Below are positions 34,813 to 46,690 of a stretch of 64,000 nt of DNA, in pieces. The translations under genes and the position numbers were made by a program. The notes under the pieces are model-generated. The model saw only the letters and a program-made list of their open reading frames with translations, made no database searches and was not told the origin of the DNA. Numbering within the stretch: position 1 is the first letter of the stretch; each line of letters starts with the position of its first letter. Source of the DNA: Neodothiora populina (Eukaryota); assembly GCF_041146345.1 (NCBI RefSeq), contig NW_027191404.1:1488001-1552000 (forward strand), in the 5' to 3' direction.

Positions 34813-37800
34813 CTACTCCAACTTCTTCGCCACAATCTTCAACACCTCCTCGACGCTCTTGCCCGCATTCTCCGGCGCCTTGGCGACCCCCTGCCAGACC
34901 TCTCCGTGCTTGGGCTCGTTGAGCACACACTTACTCACGACGTCGTCCTGTTTCTCCGGCGTGCCGTGCTGCAGTAAGAACTTATACCACCAGGCCCACG
35001 TGTCGCCCTGATCGGGGTCCAGCACGGCGGCTTTGGCGAACCAAGTCGCGGCCTTGTCGAGGCGGCGCTCGCCCCAGAAGATGCGCGCTACTGTCACAAA
35101 CAGAATAGGGTCGTTGTCGACTTTTCGGATCGCCTCGAGACTGCGTGGTTTGCGCTGTGTGCGCGTCTCCAGGTGCCAGATCTTCTCCGACCAGAGCAGA
35201 CCGCTGGTGGGGCATTCTTGGAGGGCTTGCGCCATTTTCTGCTGGGCTGCGGAGGGGTTGTTGGGCGAGGCGCGCAGTTCGAGACGGACGGATTCGCACC
35301 ATAGCTGGGGGTTCTTGGGCACGGCGAGGCGGGCGCGGTCGAGGATACTACGTGCTTTGACGAGGATGCCGGCTTTTTCCTCGAGGCGAGATGCGAGAAG
35401 CCATAGCGGGACTGAGGTCGGTACGGCGCGTGTGCCGCTGTTGTAGGACTCTCGCGCTTGCGGCAGCATGCCTTTTGATTCGTAGATTTGTCCTTTTTGC
35501 ATGTATAATTTGGGGCATTTCGGGAACAGAGAAAGTCCTTGGGTTGCGAGATCTAGTGCTGCTTCTCGGTCTCCTTGGGTTCGCTCGAATGCGACAGACT
35601 TGATCCACACGCGGTCGGTTCCCGCTTCTTCTCGTGCTGTCGTCAGAAGTTCGCGCGCTTGTTGTGTCTGGCCGTTGTCGGCTTCGAGTTTCACGGCTGC
35701 TAGCCAGATATCTTCGTTGTTGGGGTTCTGCTGGAATGCGGTACCTAGCACGCGACGGGCCTCGTCAATGTCGCCTGCTGACCATTTCTCTCGTGCAAGT
35801 TGCATCCAGAGGACTTCGTTGGTCGGGCAGGCTTGTACAGATCGGGCGAGGAGTTCGGAAAGTGATTCTTTGGTGCCGTGATTGCGTTCCATGTCTGCCG
35901 CTGCTAGCCAGAGTGCACTACTGTTGGTGAACACCCGGATTGCATATGCATATATTGAACGAGCGGTCTGGTAACGGCCACGTGCTATTGATGATTTGGC
36001 GTCGTCTTGCCAGATCTTCTTGCGGTCATCGTCTTCGTCCAGGCCCCATCCCAGCGTCTGCTCAATGATGGCTTGACAAGTGAGGTTGGCGCCTTCTTCT
36101 TCGCACAGTTCGGCCTCGGAGATCCACTGCTCGCGAGAAAGCATGGCAGACTCGCGAGCCAACATCTTGACCGCACGTTCCATGATCTTGGGGATGAGCT
36201 TGGTGTTGTTTGTTTGTTCTTGCAGGCGTGCGGCGGCGATCCAGATCTCGTGTGACGTGGGGATAGCTTTGCCAGCTTTGTTCAGGACGACCTTTGCGTT
36301 CTCTGGCGTCTCGAGCCTGGCCAAGGCAAGCCATAATTCCACGGACAAAGGGATGATTTCGGTAGCCTTGGCCAGCAATAGACGAGCATCGGCGGCATCT
36401 TCTTCCAGGTTGACGGCTTCCTTCCACAGCGCCACCGACTGAGGCACGTGGTCCAAAGCCTGTCGCAACACTCTCTTGCGCGCTGAAGGGAGATGCTCGA
36501 GCTTCATGGCCTCGACCCAGATGCGCACGGAGCGACTGTTCTCCTTGATGGCTTTGGCGGCGATGATCTTGGCATTGGCGCTGTCGTGAAGGCGGATGGC
36601 CTCCAGCCACACATCTTCACTCTTGGGACAGTACTCGCAGCCTCGCATTATGACATTCCGAGCAGCGACAGTTTTGCCGGCGAATTCCTCCAGTCTTGCA
36701 GCAGCGATCCATCCAGGGCCGTGGCGCATGTTGGTTTTGATGACGGATTCCAGCAGTGTCCTCGCTCGCGCAATGTCCGCCACAGGGATCTCTCCTGCTT
36801 TCATCTCGGTTTTTGACAATGAAGTCAGATAGCCCTTGGGGTCGATGCTGGTCGAGGTGCCTGACACGGAAGCCTCACCCCCGGCCGAGCCTTCAGCTGC
36901 CTGATCCAGGCGCACCTGCAGGACCTTGTCTCTGGCAGCTCCAATGTCGGCGAAATTCGTCATGGTCCCTTCTGCAGCATCCGCTCTCCCTCCAGCAGGT
37001 CCGTCCGTGCTTCCGTCATCGTTGATTGTCGTGTCCAGCTGTCCAGCATCTCTTGCGCCGGCTAGAACACTGTCGGGTACAGCATAGAAGCGTTGTCGTA
37101 GATTCTGCTTGTTCCTCCTGTTCTTGCCCGTCAAGTCGCCAACCTCGGGGATGCTGGCCCACTCGTCGTCCGTCACACTTCCCAGTGCTCGTTTCAGATC
37201 GGCGAATTGCTGCTGGATCTTGGGGTTGTTCCGTTCGTATTCTTCTCGCTCTTGCTTTTCACGGGCTTCCCTGTTGGTGACGAGGACTCACGTCGGTAAT
37301 CTGTGCAGCCAAGATCTTTGAAGATGATGAACATGTGCTTGCTTTGTACGGAATAGAGGTGGTGTTGCGAGAGGCTTGGGGGGGGGGGGGGGGGCTTGGA
37401 GGGAAGGAAGGGCGAGGGTCGAATATGGTCAAGGGAAGGAAAAAAAAAAAAGAAAAAAGAAACAAGAGAAAACTAACCTCCGTATCTTGCGTCGCCTATC
37501 CATTTTGGCATCAACCTCATCATAAATCCTGTCTGCCTCATCGTCGTCGCGATCATAGTTGCCGCCGGCGAACAGCCCACTCTCATTATCGGGATCCTGG
37601 AATCGTTCGTCGTCATCGTCGTCCTCCTTCTCTTTGCCACTGACACCATAGGCGGTCGGAGGAGCGTTTCCCAACTGTGCAGCTCGCTTGGCGAGAGCTT
37701 CCTTGATTTGTTCCTCGCTGGGTCCTTCTCTCGCCGGGCCCAGATCTGATCGCGTCGTGAATCCTGTCGCGCCTCGGCCCAGACCTGCCACGTAATTTTC

Positions 37801-37839
37801 TGGCGCCGGTTGGCTCAAGAAGTCCTTGCGCCCGGACAT
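34813..37839 (-). CDS. PRP6: U4/U6.U5 tri-snRNP splicing factor Prp6 (S. pombe Prp1); intron 37477-37271
   Basis: N-terminus MSGRKDFLSQPAPENYVAGLGRGATGFTTRSDLGPAR and DDDEADRIY, then IPEVGD, IDPKGYLT and a long array of HAT/TPR repeats. Confidence 0.97.
37378..37394. repeat. G17 homopolymer (with an A-run at 37440-37451) inside the PRP6 intron
   Basis: Direct reading. Confidence 0.9.
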
Positions 37840-38582
37840 AGTGTCGCGGGTTGTGTTATCAGTTGGTTAGTGATGAAACACAGATTAATCAATAAAGATG
37901 TCTACTGCATGTGATTGACATGATGGTATATGCCAAGCCCGAGAGGCAAACCAAGCAAACTTCACATAAATGTCTCGCAAATAGTCTTGTAGCCTGACAT
38001 GCAGAGAGACTCGTTCAGGAACAAAATCTACAGTTGCATTCCATTCATTGCAACTGGTTGACCGCGACAGAGCATCGCTTGACTCACCACTGCTTTGCTC
38101 GTTTGCCTGCAACATCTTTTTGGGCCTGGGGACGGCGGCACAGGATAAACAAATCAGAATAGAAAGAAGAAAAATCGATAATTGCCCCCGTCGCTCAGTA
38201 GATGGCGACGGATAAAGGGCACGACGTCAAAGGGCGTTTTGATTCTTCCTTCTCTTCTCCTGTCTCTAATCTTGAACACAATAATAAAAACAAACATGAT
38301 CTCCCATCGCTTTGTTGGATGCCGGAGTCTGGGATATTGTTGAATCATCACCAAACGCCGACGCTAGATGCAACCCGTATTCTTTTCCCGGCCACCCGAG
38401 TCTATGTTTGTTGAATACACTGCAAGCTCCACACATTGTCTCAGGCGTGGCCGCCCTTTTTATAATCTAAAGGGGTATTTTGTATCTTGTTCCTCATTCA
38501 TCTTTTTTTCCCATGTATCAACGCCGAAAACTGAAAACACCCTGAGCCAAGGGCTTAAATGGCATGCGTCATGATATCCTCT

Positions 38583-39875
38583 TTAAAACTTGAGGGTCTT
38601 GGGCTTCTCCCAGGTGAAGTCAGGGTTGGAGAAGTGGCCGTTCTTGGCCGTCTGGCAGTAGATGGGCTTGATGAGGTCAAGTTCCTTGACAATGACACCA
38701 GGGCGGAGATCGAAGTTGTTGAGGATGATCTCCACGAGCTCGTCAGAAGACTTGTCCGAAGTACCGTAGGTCTCGACGAAAATCGAGAGGGGCTCGGCGA
38801 CACCGATGGCGTACGAGAACTGCACAAGAGCACGGCGAGCGAGGCCAGCAGTGACAAGGGACTTGGCGACCCAACGGGCGAGGTAGGCAGCGGAACGGTC
38901 GACCTTGGAGTAGTCCTTTCCGGAGAAAGCACCACCACCGTGGGCACCCCAACCACCGTAGGTATCGACGATGATCTTGCGGCCAGTGAGACCAGCGTCA
39001 CCTTGGGGACCACCGATGATGAAGAGGCCGGAAGGTTGAATCTGCAATCACGCGTTAGTGGAAGACAAACCAGATGCACAAGCAGCAAAACTTACGTGGT
39101 AGACGGTCTTCTCGTCAAGGTACTTGGCGGGGATGACCTTCTTGATGATCTTCTCGAGAATCTCCTTGCGGAGCTCCTCGGTGGTGATGTCAGGAGAGTG
39201 CTGGGCAGAGACGACAACGGTGTCGACACGCTTGGGGATGACGGCACCGCCATCGTGCTCGTACTCGACGGTGACCTGGGTCTTGGTGTCGGGCCTCAAC
39301 CAGGGAGAGAGCCGTCGTTTCTGGCGGCCTTCATGGCAGCGTTGAGTCTGTGAGAGAGCTGGATGGTGAGAGGGAGGAGCTCGGGGGTCTCGTCGGTGGC
39401 ATAACCGAACATGATCCCCTGGTCACCGGCGCCGAGCTTCTCGAGAGCCTCCTCGTAGTGGAGACCCTGAGCAATGTCGGGGGACTGCTCCTCAATGGCG
39501 ACGAGTACGTTGCAGGTCTTGTAGTCGAAGCCCTTGCTGGAGTCGTCGTAGCCAATGTCCTTGATGGTCTGACGGATGATCTTCTGGTAGTCGAGACGAG
39601 CCTTGGTGGTGATCTCGCCGAAAACCATGATCATACCGGTCTTGGTGGCAGTCTCACAGGCGACCTTGGAGAGGGGGTCCTCCTTAAGGCAGGCATCGAG
39701 GATTGCATCAGAGACCTGATCGGCGATCTTGTCGGGGTGACCCTGTAGCACAGTGTGAGTCTTGCTGTGTGCACAACACAAGCAGAGTGATGAGTTCACG
39801 TACCTCACCGACAGACTCGGAGGTGAAAAGGAAGGAGTTGGAGCTCTTGCCAGCGATGCCGTTTGCGGAGACCAT
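38583..39875 (-). CDS. SAM2: S-adenosylmethionine synthetase (introns 39803-39743 and 39095-39042); apparent 1-nt frameshift at ~39303-39305
   Basis: [30 protein letters not shown] and KVDRSAAY motifs, with strong codon bias. The frame breaks at the expected SLP-WLRPD junction. Confidence 0.95.
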
Positions 39876-40918
39876 CTTTGCTGATGTGGTGGTTTTTTTC
39901 GCGTGGGGGCGGGGTATCTAAGATGAAAAAGAGAAGGAAAAAAGTCCGCGATGAGACTCAGTGGTCAATTAAATTCAAGAGGGCGACGAGAGCACACAAG
40001 GACCAATAGATCGAAGGAGAGATAGATGGGAGAGTGTCTGAGAAAGAAAAGAGAGAGAGAGGGACGAAGGTGGAGAGTTTAAAGTGAAGAAAAGCGGATG
40101 AATGACTGGGGTGGGGAACGGACGCCTGGAGAGGGAATGTTTGATTGATTGGATTGCACGCGGCGTCGACTTTGTTCCTTAATTCTGCTCTGGTCTTTTT
40201 GATCTCGTCAGACCCGTCTGCCTCTTTTCTCGCTTTGCAGGGCACCTCTTACTGTAGCTAAATGCCGAAAAACGAAACTTTTTGCTTGTCGACGCGATGT
40301 CGCAATACCGGCTAATTTCCGGAAAGTGGAGCTTCACCTCGAAGGTTGCCCTCCACTTTATCTCAAGATGCACATTCAATGATCGTATCATATTTCATCA
40401 GCATCAGCACTAATAAAGATGCCTACTTGTATCAGATCAGTTGAAAACCCCGAGCCGTCCTCCGTCCTCCGATCTGGACTTAACCTCCGGTGGGGCAAGG
40501 CGTATGATCTTGGAATCAATTGAATAACTCCGAGGGACGAAATGTTTCCAGTATCGTTGAATTAGGTAGGTTTGACCACAAGAACAATAGCAGTGATACA
40601 CCTCTCTCTGTCTTTGTAGTTATCTTTGATTATGTATGAGTATGCGCAAAGAATAAACCCCCAAATAGAAAAAGAAAAAAAACCTCCGTAGCTATGTTTT
40701 AAGTTCGGTGTCCTTACCAGCTGTCCTGTTGGCGCAGACAAAATAAGAGTTGGCCCGGCATTAATCAAACACTAATGATTACAAGAACAACTGGTGGGGT
40801 GGACATGCTTCAAGTCAGCCTGGACCCTGTCGCCGTCAAGTTCGTCTACGAGTCAGATCTACCTTAGACAACAACAACCTTATTTTTTGCCGAACATGTC
40901 ATGTAAGAGATGACCATA

Positions 40919-41090
40919 CAGCATACTTGCACTTCAATTGGTTCAAAATGCTATTGGAAGGTCATGAGTGTGTGAGCAGCGTGCATGTACGCCGATTAGC
41001 TTCAGATACTTCAGAAGGGCCATGAGAAAACAGACAAGCATGCTTGTACGCCGGTTAGCTTGACAAGCTTTGACTGGGCCATGAGTAGAT
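40919..41090. repeat. Degenerate tandem triplication, period ~58-59 bp
   Basis: GGYCATGAG recurs with CATGAG at 40963, 41021 and 41080. Copies 2 and 3 share TGTACGCCGRTTAGCTT. Confidence 0.65.
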
Positions 41091-41290
41091 AGTGAACAAC
41101 AAGAGCAGTCCTAGAGAAGGACTTCAGGAGTCAAGGATTTTCAGACAAGCTCAAGATGTGCCAGATGCGCGTTGCTGCAACGCGTGTCGTCATGGCGAAA
41201 CCACACTTCACTCTCCAATGGGTTGGAGAAACGAGTTGCTCTCATGGGTCGTCTATATTCCAGAACAGGCCCCTTCCACCACTCAGCCTC

Positions 41291-42069
41291 TCAAGTCTCC
41301 TTGTGTGCTCTTCTAGCAACACTCTCCTCCGTCTCCAACAGCGACGCCGATGCTGCCCCTTCCTTCTCGTCGTCCTCGGGAGCAAAGACAAAAGTGCGGA
41401 ACTCGTCGTTGATCCACCATGGAGTCGTTTGCTCGCCCTTTTCGTCGACGTCGCCTGTCAGGTAGTGGGCAAAATTGCCGTGGCTGACCAGTACAACTTC
41501 CTTTTCCGGACGATCTTTTACCCAGTTCCGCAGACTATTTTTTTTTTGGCTGAGTTAGTATCTTGCAGTGGGATAGGGGATAGAAGTGATGACGACGAGC
41601 GTTCATTGAGAGCCATCACTGTGGACTTGCACAAGACTTACCGTCTAGCTCTCTCCATAGTGACAGCGACCTCGACACCATACAAACTTCCCCTCTTGCC
41701 ATTCCACCCATCCTTGACCAACCCCACATCGACTTTATCACCGAACCACCCCTCAATCACTTCCTTCTCGCTTCCTGTATCGCACGCTTCGGCGGTCGCT
41801 TCCTGGGCGTCAGGCACACAAACAACCTTGAGGTTCTTAGGCGCCAATGTGGCTGGCTCAAACGCCACCAATGCAGTCTCGATGGCCCGACGCAGAGGCG
41901 AGGCAAGCAATAAATCAACACTGTGATGCGAAGGGAATTGGCTACGCAAGAGCAGTGAGTTCTCGATTCCGAGAGGTGTGATCTGAGGATCGTGGATCGA
42001 GTGGCCATTGGGCGTTATTTCATGGTAACCCTGCGCGTGCCGGACTATGTGCAGCTTCTTTTGTGTCAT
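41291..42069 (-). CDS. Histidine phosphatase / phosphoglycerate mutase-like protein (intron 41641-41535)
   Basis: LHIVRHAQGYH (RHG-type motif), ASPLRRAIETA and PDAQE..CDTGS in exon 1. Exon 2 gives RLRNWVKDRPEKEVVLVSHGNF. Confidence 0.88.
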
Positions 42070-43212
42070 TTTCGCTCTTGAGTCTAGATTTTGTTCAACT
42101 CCTGGCAATACTTTCATAGATTGTTAGCTCTGAATGGCGTGTTATATACGAACAGCGAAGACCATCTCGTTGGTCACGAAGGAGATATATGCACGAGTTC
42201 GCAAACTAGTCTGGAACCAAACAAGGCGCGACTCCGGAGCCCTCGTCTTCTTGAGACGTCGACACATGGAATTGCATATGCAACGCAATGCATTGGGGAG
42301 ACCACAAGTCAATGCTCGTTCTGCGTTCATCATTGGTCTCACTCCCCAAATTACAAGCAAGACCAAGTTGAGAAGAGTACGTATGCATACGACTGTGATA
42401 CACACCGCTTGAGACGCCGTAACGAGAACAGGGTCCCCGTCTAGACCGCAAGAGTGAATCCAGCTTTCCATCTCTTTTTGTGTTCACAACCGACGAGAGA
42501 AGACAATTCGAAGGTAATACTAACCTGCTATAGACCAAAGAAATAGCTGACCCCTCCTCGATATAAATACTAGGAAAAAGCGACAGATAATCGACCGTGT
42601 TTATATCAGGAATTGCGAAAAGAGCATGAAACGTGGTTAGAAATCGCAGAGAGATCGACCTCAGATCTTGGGGAATTTCTCTTGTGAGATAAACGAGGGC
42701 GGGCGGCTTAGGGAGGCAACAAAGGAAGTGGGTTGATAGGTCGCTTTAGATCGAGGGACAAAGGCGCTTTAAACGTGGAAGCGTCCGCACTTGAGATGCT
42801 TCTAACGTTCTAGTGTTTAGGTATCACTGGAAGCTGCTTGAGAGTTCCCCGCGGAAAGCCGCGCGCTTTGGTTTAGATCTAATTAGCATATGTACTATGG
42901 CATAAAGCATAAAGAGCGATTTTGCTTATTCTTCATGCGCAGCTTTGCTTGAGTCCAATGAAGCTAGATTGTGTGCTCAGAATGCTAACCAATTCGACAC
43001 GTTCGTGGTCAATACCCGCGGATATATCTTATGATACGCTTAACATATAACCTCGCAGACATACTTTGTGGTTCAGCTGAAGATGCTTGGATACGCATAG
43101 CGTTTGCATCAATATACAGCGCAGCTACGGACAGAAAGGACAGCCATTAAGATTTCGACTCCATCCATTCCCTTGCGCCTATTTTTAAGAAAACAGTACC
43201 ATGTTTGCACAC

Positions 43213-43773
43213 TCATAGTTTCGGACCCTCTCTCCCCTTCGATCGTCCAACCCACTCCTCCAGAGCATTCACTCCAGCCTTAGCGACCTCCTCATCCTGC
43301 GCCGGCGTTCCCGTACTGACTCCAATAGCACCCACCACCGCCCCATCAAGCGCAATAGGCAGACCTCCTCCGATCAACGTGAATCGCCCACCATTGGTAT
43401 TGTGAATACCGTAAGCGGGACCACCTGGCAAGAAGACTTTGTTGCCTGCATAATTCGATGTGGGCGCGCGGTGGCCGGCTGCTGTGAAGGCTTTGTCGAT
43501 GGATGTTTGGATACTGGTGAGTTTGGCGTTGGGCATGCGGGTGAAGTGCACTAAATGCAGGGTGCTGTCTACCAAGGCGATGTTGAAGTCTTTTGTGTCA
43601 CAGAGTTTAGCTACGTCTTCCTCTTCATCTTCTTCAGTGAGTTACTCACCTATGCCCATCTCTCTCGCCTTCTGTTGTGCAGCGGCAGACACAATCTCTG
43701 CTGCTCGCAATGAGAGGACAGGAAGTGCGCGCGTTGCTGCAGCATCCGCGTTCGAGGAATTCGAGGATGCCAT
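43213..43773 (-). CDS. GlcG/HbpS (DUF336) heme-binding family protein (intron 43649-43590)
   Basis: Spliced product ...AQQKAREMGIDFNIALVD...HFTRMPNAKLTSIQTSIDKAFTAA...IGGGLPIALDGAVVGAIGVSTGTPAQDEEVAKAG. Confidence 0.9.
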
Positions 43774-44169
43774 GGTTTTCGTAGTATTGGGGTGAGTAAG
43801 ATCTGGAAGTAAACCAGAAGTCTTCCTTGCTATATCCTAGACAAGTGAAATTGTCTTGGGACAATGTACTGATGTTTACAAGCTCTGAAGAGCGACGGGA
43901 GTTTGTATATTATCTATGACTACCTTACCTTATCGTGGACGAGAGGAAGCTCGGTACAAAGAACAAAATGAAGTCATCGGGAACACTCGGTTTCGGCATT
44001 ACCCCACAACATACGACTTATCCCCGGTCTATCGAATATCGCGAAAGCATATCGATCCATCATGGCTTCGTAACCGCGTAATATGATACGAAGGGTGCCC
44101 GATCATCTGAGTACACAGAGGGTGGCATGTCTGTACTTCAGTATGTAGGATGAGTCAAGAGTCGGCGGT

Positions 44170-45897
44170 CTACTTGTTGCTTTCCTTTCTTCTCTCTAGC
44201 ACTCCAAGGACGTCCGCAGCACTGTTCTTGTCGCCCTTCCTCTTCCTTGATCTCTTCTTCTTACCACCGCCTCCGCCCTCGTGTCCCCCGTCATCATCGT
44301 CGTCGTCACCAGTGGCCCCAGATCCTTTCCACTGTGACAGCTTGATCTTGCTGCCCCCTTCTGCGGCATCTTCATCGTCACCACCCCTCGACGAGCCGAA
44401 TCCGAGATCCATATCCTCGAAATCCCGGTCATTATTTGCGAGCATGGCAGCGCGTTTCTTGAGCCTGGCTTCCTTTGCAGCTTCATCCTCTTCACCGTCC
44501 TCGTCCTTTGAATCACCTCCGAGAGAGAAAGCGACGTTGGAAAGGGCACTGGCCTTCTTGATCGCAGCAAGAAAGTTGGAGTCATTGAAGGGATTCTGAG
44601 GCGCCTCTTCCGTTGGCTCAGGTGCTGCTGATCTGAAATAGTTGCGTGTCGTGGCTGCGATTGGTTTTTTTTGTATCTGTACTGGCAATGGAGGAGGGGG
44701 CATTGACTTTGTTTCCGAGTCTGCTTCAACAGACGACGAGACAGATCGTGGTGACCTTGAAGTCCTGACCTCCTCTTTGCTTGCATTCGTTCGTCGAGCT
44801 GCAATCTCTCCTTCTTCGCCCGAGTCAGAAGAGTCGTCATCATCATCGTCGCTATCGTCAGCCTCGCCAAGTGGATTATAGTCGGTTCCCACGTCGCCAA
44901 AGATATCACCTTCATCTTCAGATTCCTCTTTGGGCACTTCCTTCTTCTGCTCCTTAAGCGTTGGTATTGTAATGCCCTCATCAAGGAACTTGATAGGCTT
45001 CTCTGCAGCTTGCTCGGGATCATTGATTTCGTTCCCGGGTTGCACTTTGCGCACTTTCTTCTTGACGTTTCCGTGCTCGTCGACTGTGATCATCACCTCC
45101 CTGCCCTTGTCATCCCGCTCGATGCGGGTGCCCGAGTGCTGCTTGGAAGCAATATCCCGAAATGCTGCGCCGAGTTCTGGTCGCGCAGCATTCCTGGCTT
45201 CTGCTGCTGCCTTTCTCTGTGCTTTCAGATCTGCCAAGATCTGATCTCGAGTACGTTTGGCTCCAGCAACAGAGCGCGGTTGCTTAGCAACTTCTCCTTT
45301 CTTTTGTGTCTTTTCCCGCTCCAGTCGCGCAACCTCTTTTTCTTCTAGTCGATCGAGTTCCTCATCAATGTCTTCCTCGGCCTCCTTTGTGCCGCCTCCA
45401 ATAACATCTTCACCCCTCCTCACGCGCTCCAACAGTTTGCGGTCAAGACCTTTCACCAAGTGAGTAGTAGAAACGTTGCCACCGGTGATCTGATCTCGCA
45501 ATGCTTCAAAAGTGGCCTGGTCTAGCTGACCGAGTTTCATCTGTTCTTCAAGGGCCTTGATTCTTGCACCCTTCTCGTCGTCTTCGTAGTCTTTCCGTTC
45601 CAGAGTACGATCCTGGTATCCAGCGGCCAGCTTCGATCCCTTTGGAGCAGCAGAAGACTTCCACCTCTTTCCCTGCTGGCCAGAGGCCGCTGCATTTCTT
45701 TCCTGAACCTGGCGCGCAAAGTCGACGCCAGCTGCGCCCTTGACTGTGCGCGGAGTCATGGGCATGAAGGAGGCCTTTCTGGTGCCCAGCGCTGCTGTGC
45801 GCGGTTTCGCGCTGGGGCCTGGAGGACTTGCGCTTGATCCATTCTTGCTCGCAGCCTCCTTCTCCAGGAGCAGCCGGCGGAACTGCTCGTTATTCAT
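44170..45897 (-). CDS. RED/IK-like spliceosomal B-complex protein
   Basis: RED_N signature MNNEQFRRLL, plus GYQDRT, THLVKGLDRKLLERVR and DIFGDVGTDY. Confidence 0.85.
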   Translation of the reverse strand: MNNEQFRRLLLEKEAASKNGSSASPPGPSAKPRTAALGTRKASFMPMTPRTVKGAAGVDFARQVQERNAAASGQQGKRWKSSAAPKGSKLAAGYQDRTLERKDYEDDEKGARIKALEEQMKLGQLDQATFEALRDQITGGNVSTTHLVKGLDRKLLERVRRGEDVIGGGTKEAEEDIDEELDRLEEKEVARLEREKTQKKGEVAKQPRSVAGAKRTRDQILADLKAQRKAAAEARNAARPELGAAFRDIASKQHSGTRIERDDKGREVMITVDEHGNVKKKVRKVQPGNEINDPEQAAEKPIKFLDEGITIPTLKEQKKEVPKEESEDEGDIFGDVGTDYNPLGEADDSDDDDDDSSDSGEEGEIAARRTNASKEEVRTSRSPRSVSSSVEADSETKSMPPPPLPVQIQKKPIAATTRNYFRSAAPEPTEEAPQNPFNDSNFLAAIKKASALSNVAFSLGGDSKDEDGEEDEAAKEARLKKRAAMLANNDRDFEDMDLGFGSSRGGDDEDAAEGGSKIKLSQWKGSGATGDDDDDDGGHEGGGGGKKKRSRKRKGDKNSAADVLGVLERRKESNK

Positions 45898-46690
45898 CGC
45901 AAAAGTTTATGGTGTTTCTGTTGTCATGTGAAGACAACGAGAGGAAAGTTGCTTGAGAAGCCCCATCGGTCGTAGTTGAACCGAGGTCACACTTATCGAT
46001 AAGGGCAGATTGCCAAGTCCGACAAGCCTTATGCTTAGCCCTCTTGATTGGACCACCGGCATACCTTATACGGCAAATGGACATCTGAGCCGTTCATACA
46101 GCACCAGCAAATGTGGCAAACGTCAGTCTACTATATCGTGCAGTGGACTAAACAGCGACTAAACACAAATAAGCATTCTCCACATCCTGTTGGTCGCCAT
46201 AGCCCGGGGTTGTTCACATGTTCAACCAAGAACAAAGACGGCTTGTTGCTAGACCTCACTCCCTCTACATGCAGTACCTCCGAGGAATCATTCTCCAGAG
46301 TACTAGTATCATGAAGGGGGCCAACCACCCCACTCGAATATGCAGCGGACCCACTGATCATCAGATCGTTTCCAGTTTCGCAGCCCCTGCTACTGCACTC
46401 AAAGCTTGTGCCCGATATTTTGTGCGGAGAAGATCAGCGTGGAGACGAAAGCATCTCGCATGACGACTCCGTGATCGCACGCCGATGAATGGTCTTGGGT
46501 TTTGGTATTTAATCGTTGCATTTGATGGCTCTGAACTTCTTGAAATGTAAACCACTCACGCTTGATTGTGTCCTGTCCCCTCGTTGCGCCGTTCAATAGG
46601 ACTCACGAAGATCTACTTGCAGTTGTTCGACTTTACCTATGACCACTGTCTTGGCGTCGCTCACACGAAAAGATAAAGGTCGCAAACACG

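Noticed and set aside
38559..39748. Long antisense ORFs opposite SAM2 (also 3552-4202, 26533-27309, 58089-58964, 61519-62508)
   Set aside because: These are shadow ORFs caused by strong C/G-ending codon bias in the real genes and carry no independent motifs.
42091..42538. Overlapping ~100 aa ORFs upstream of the histidine phosphatase
   Set aside because: Several frames are open with no protein-like signal. This is likely promoter or UTR.
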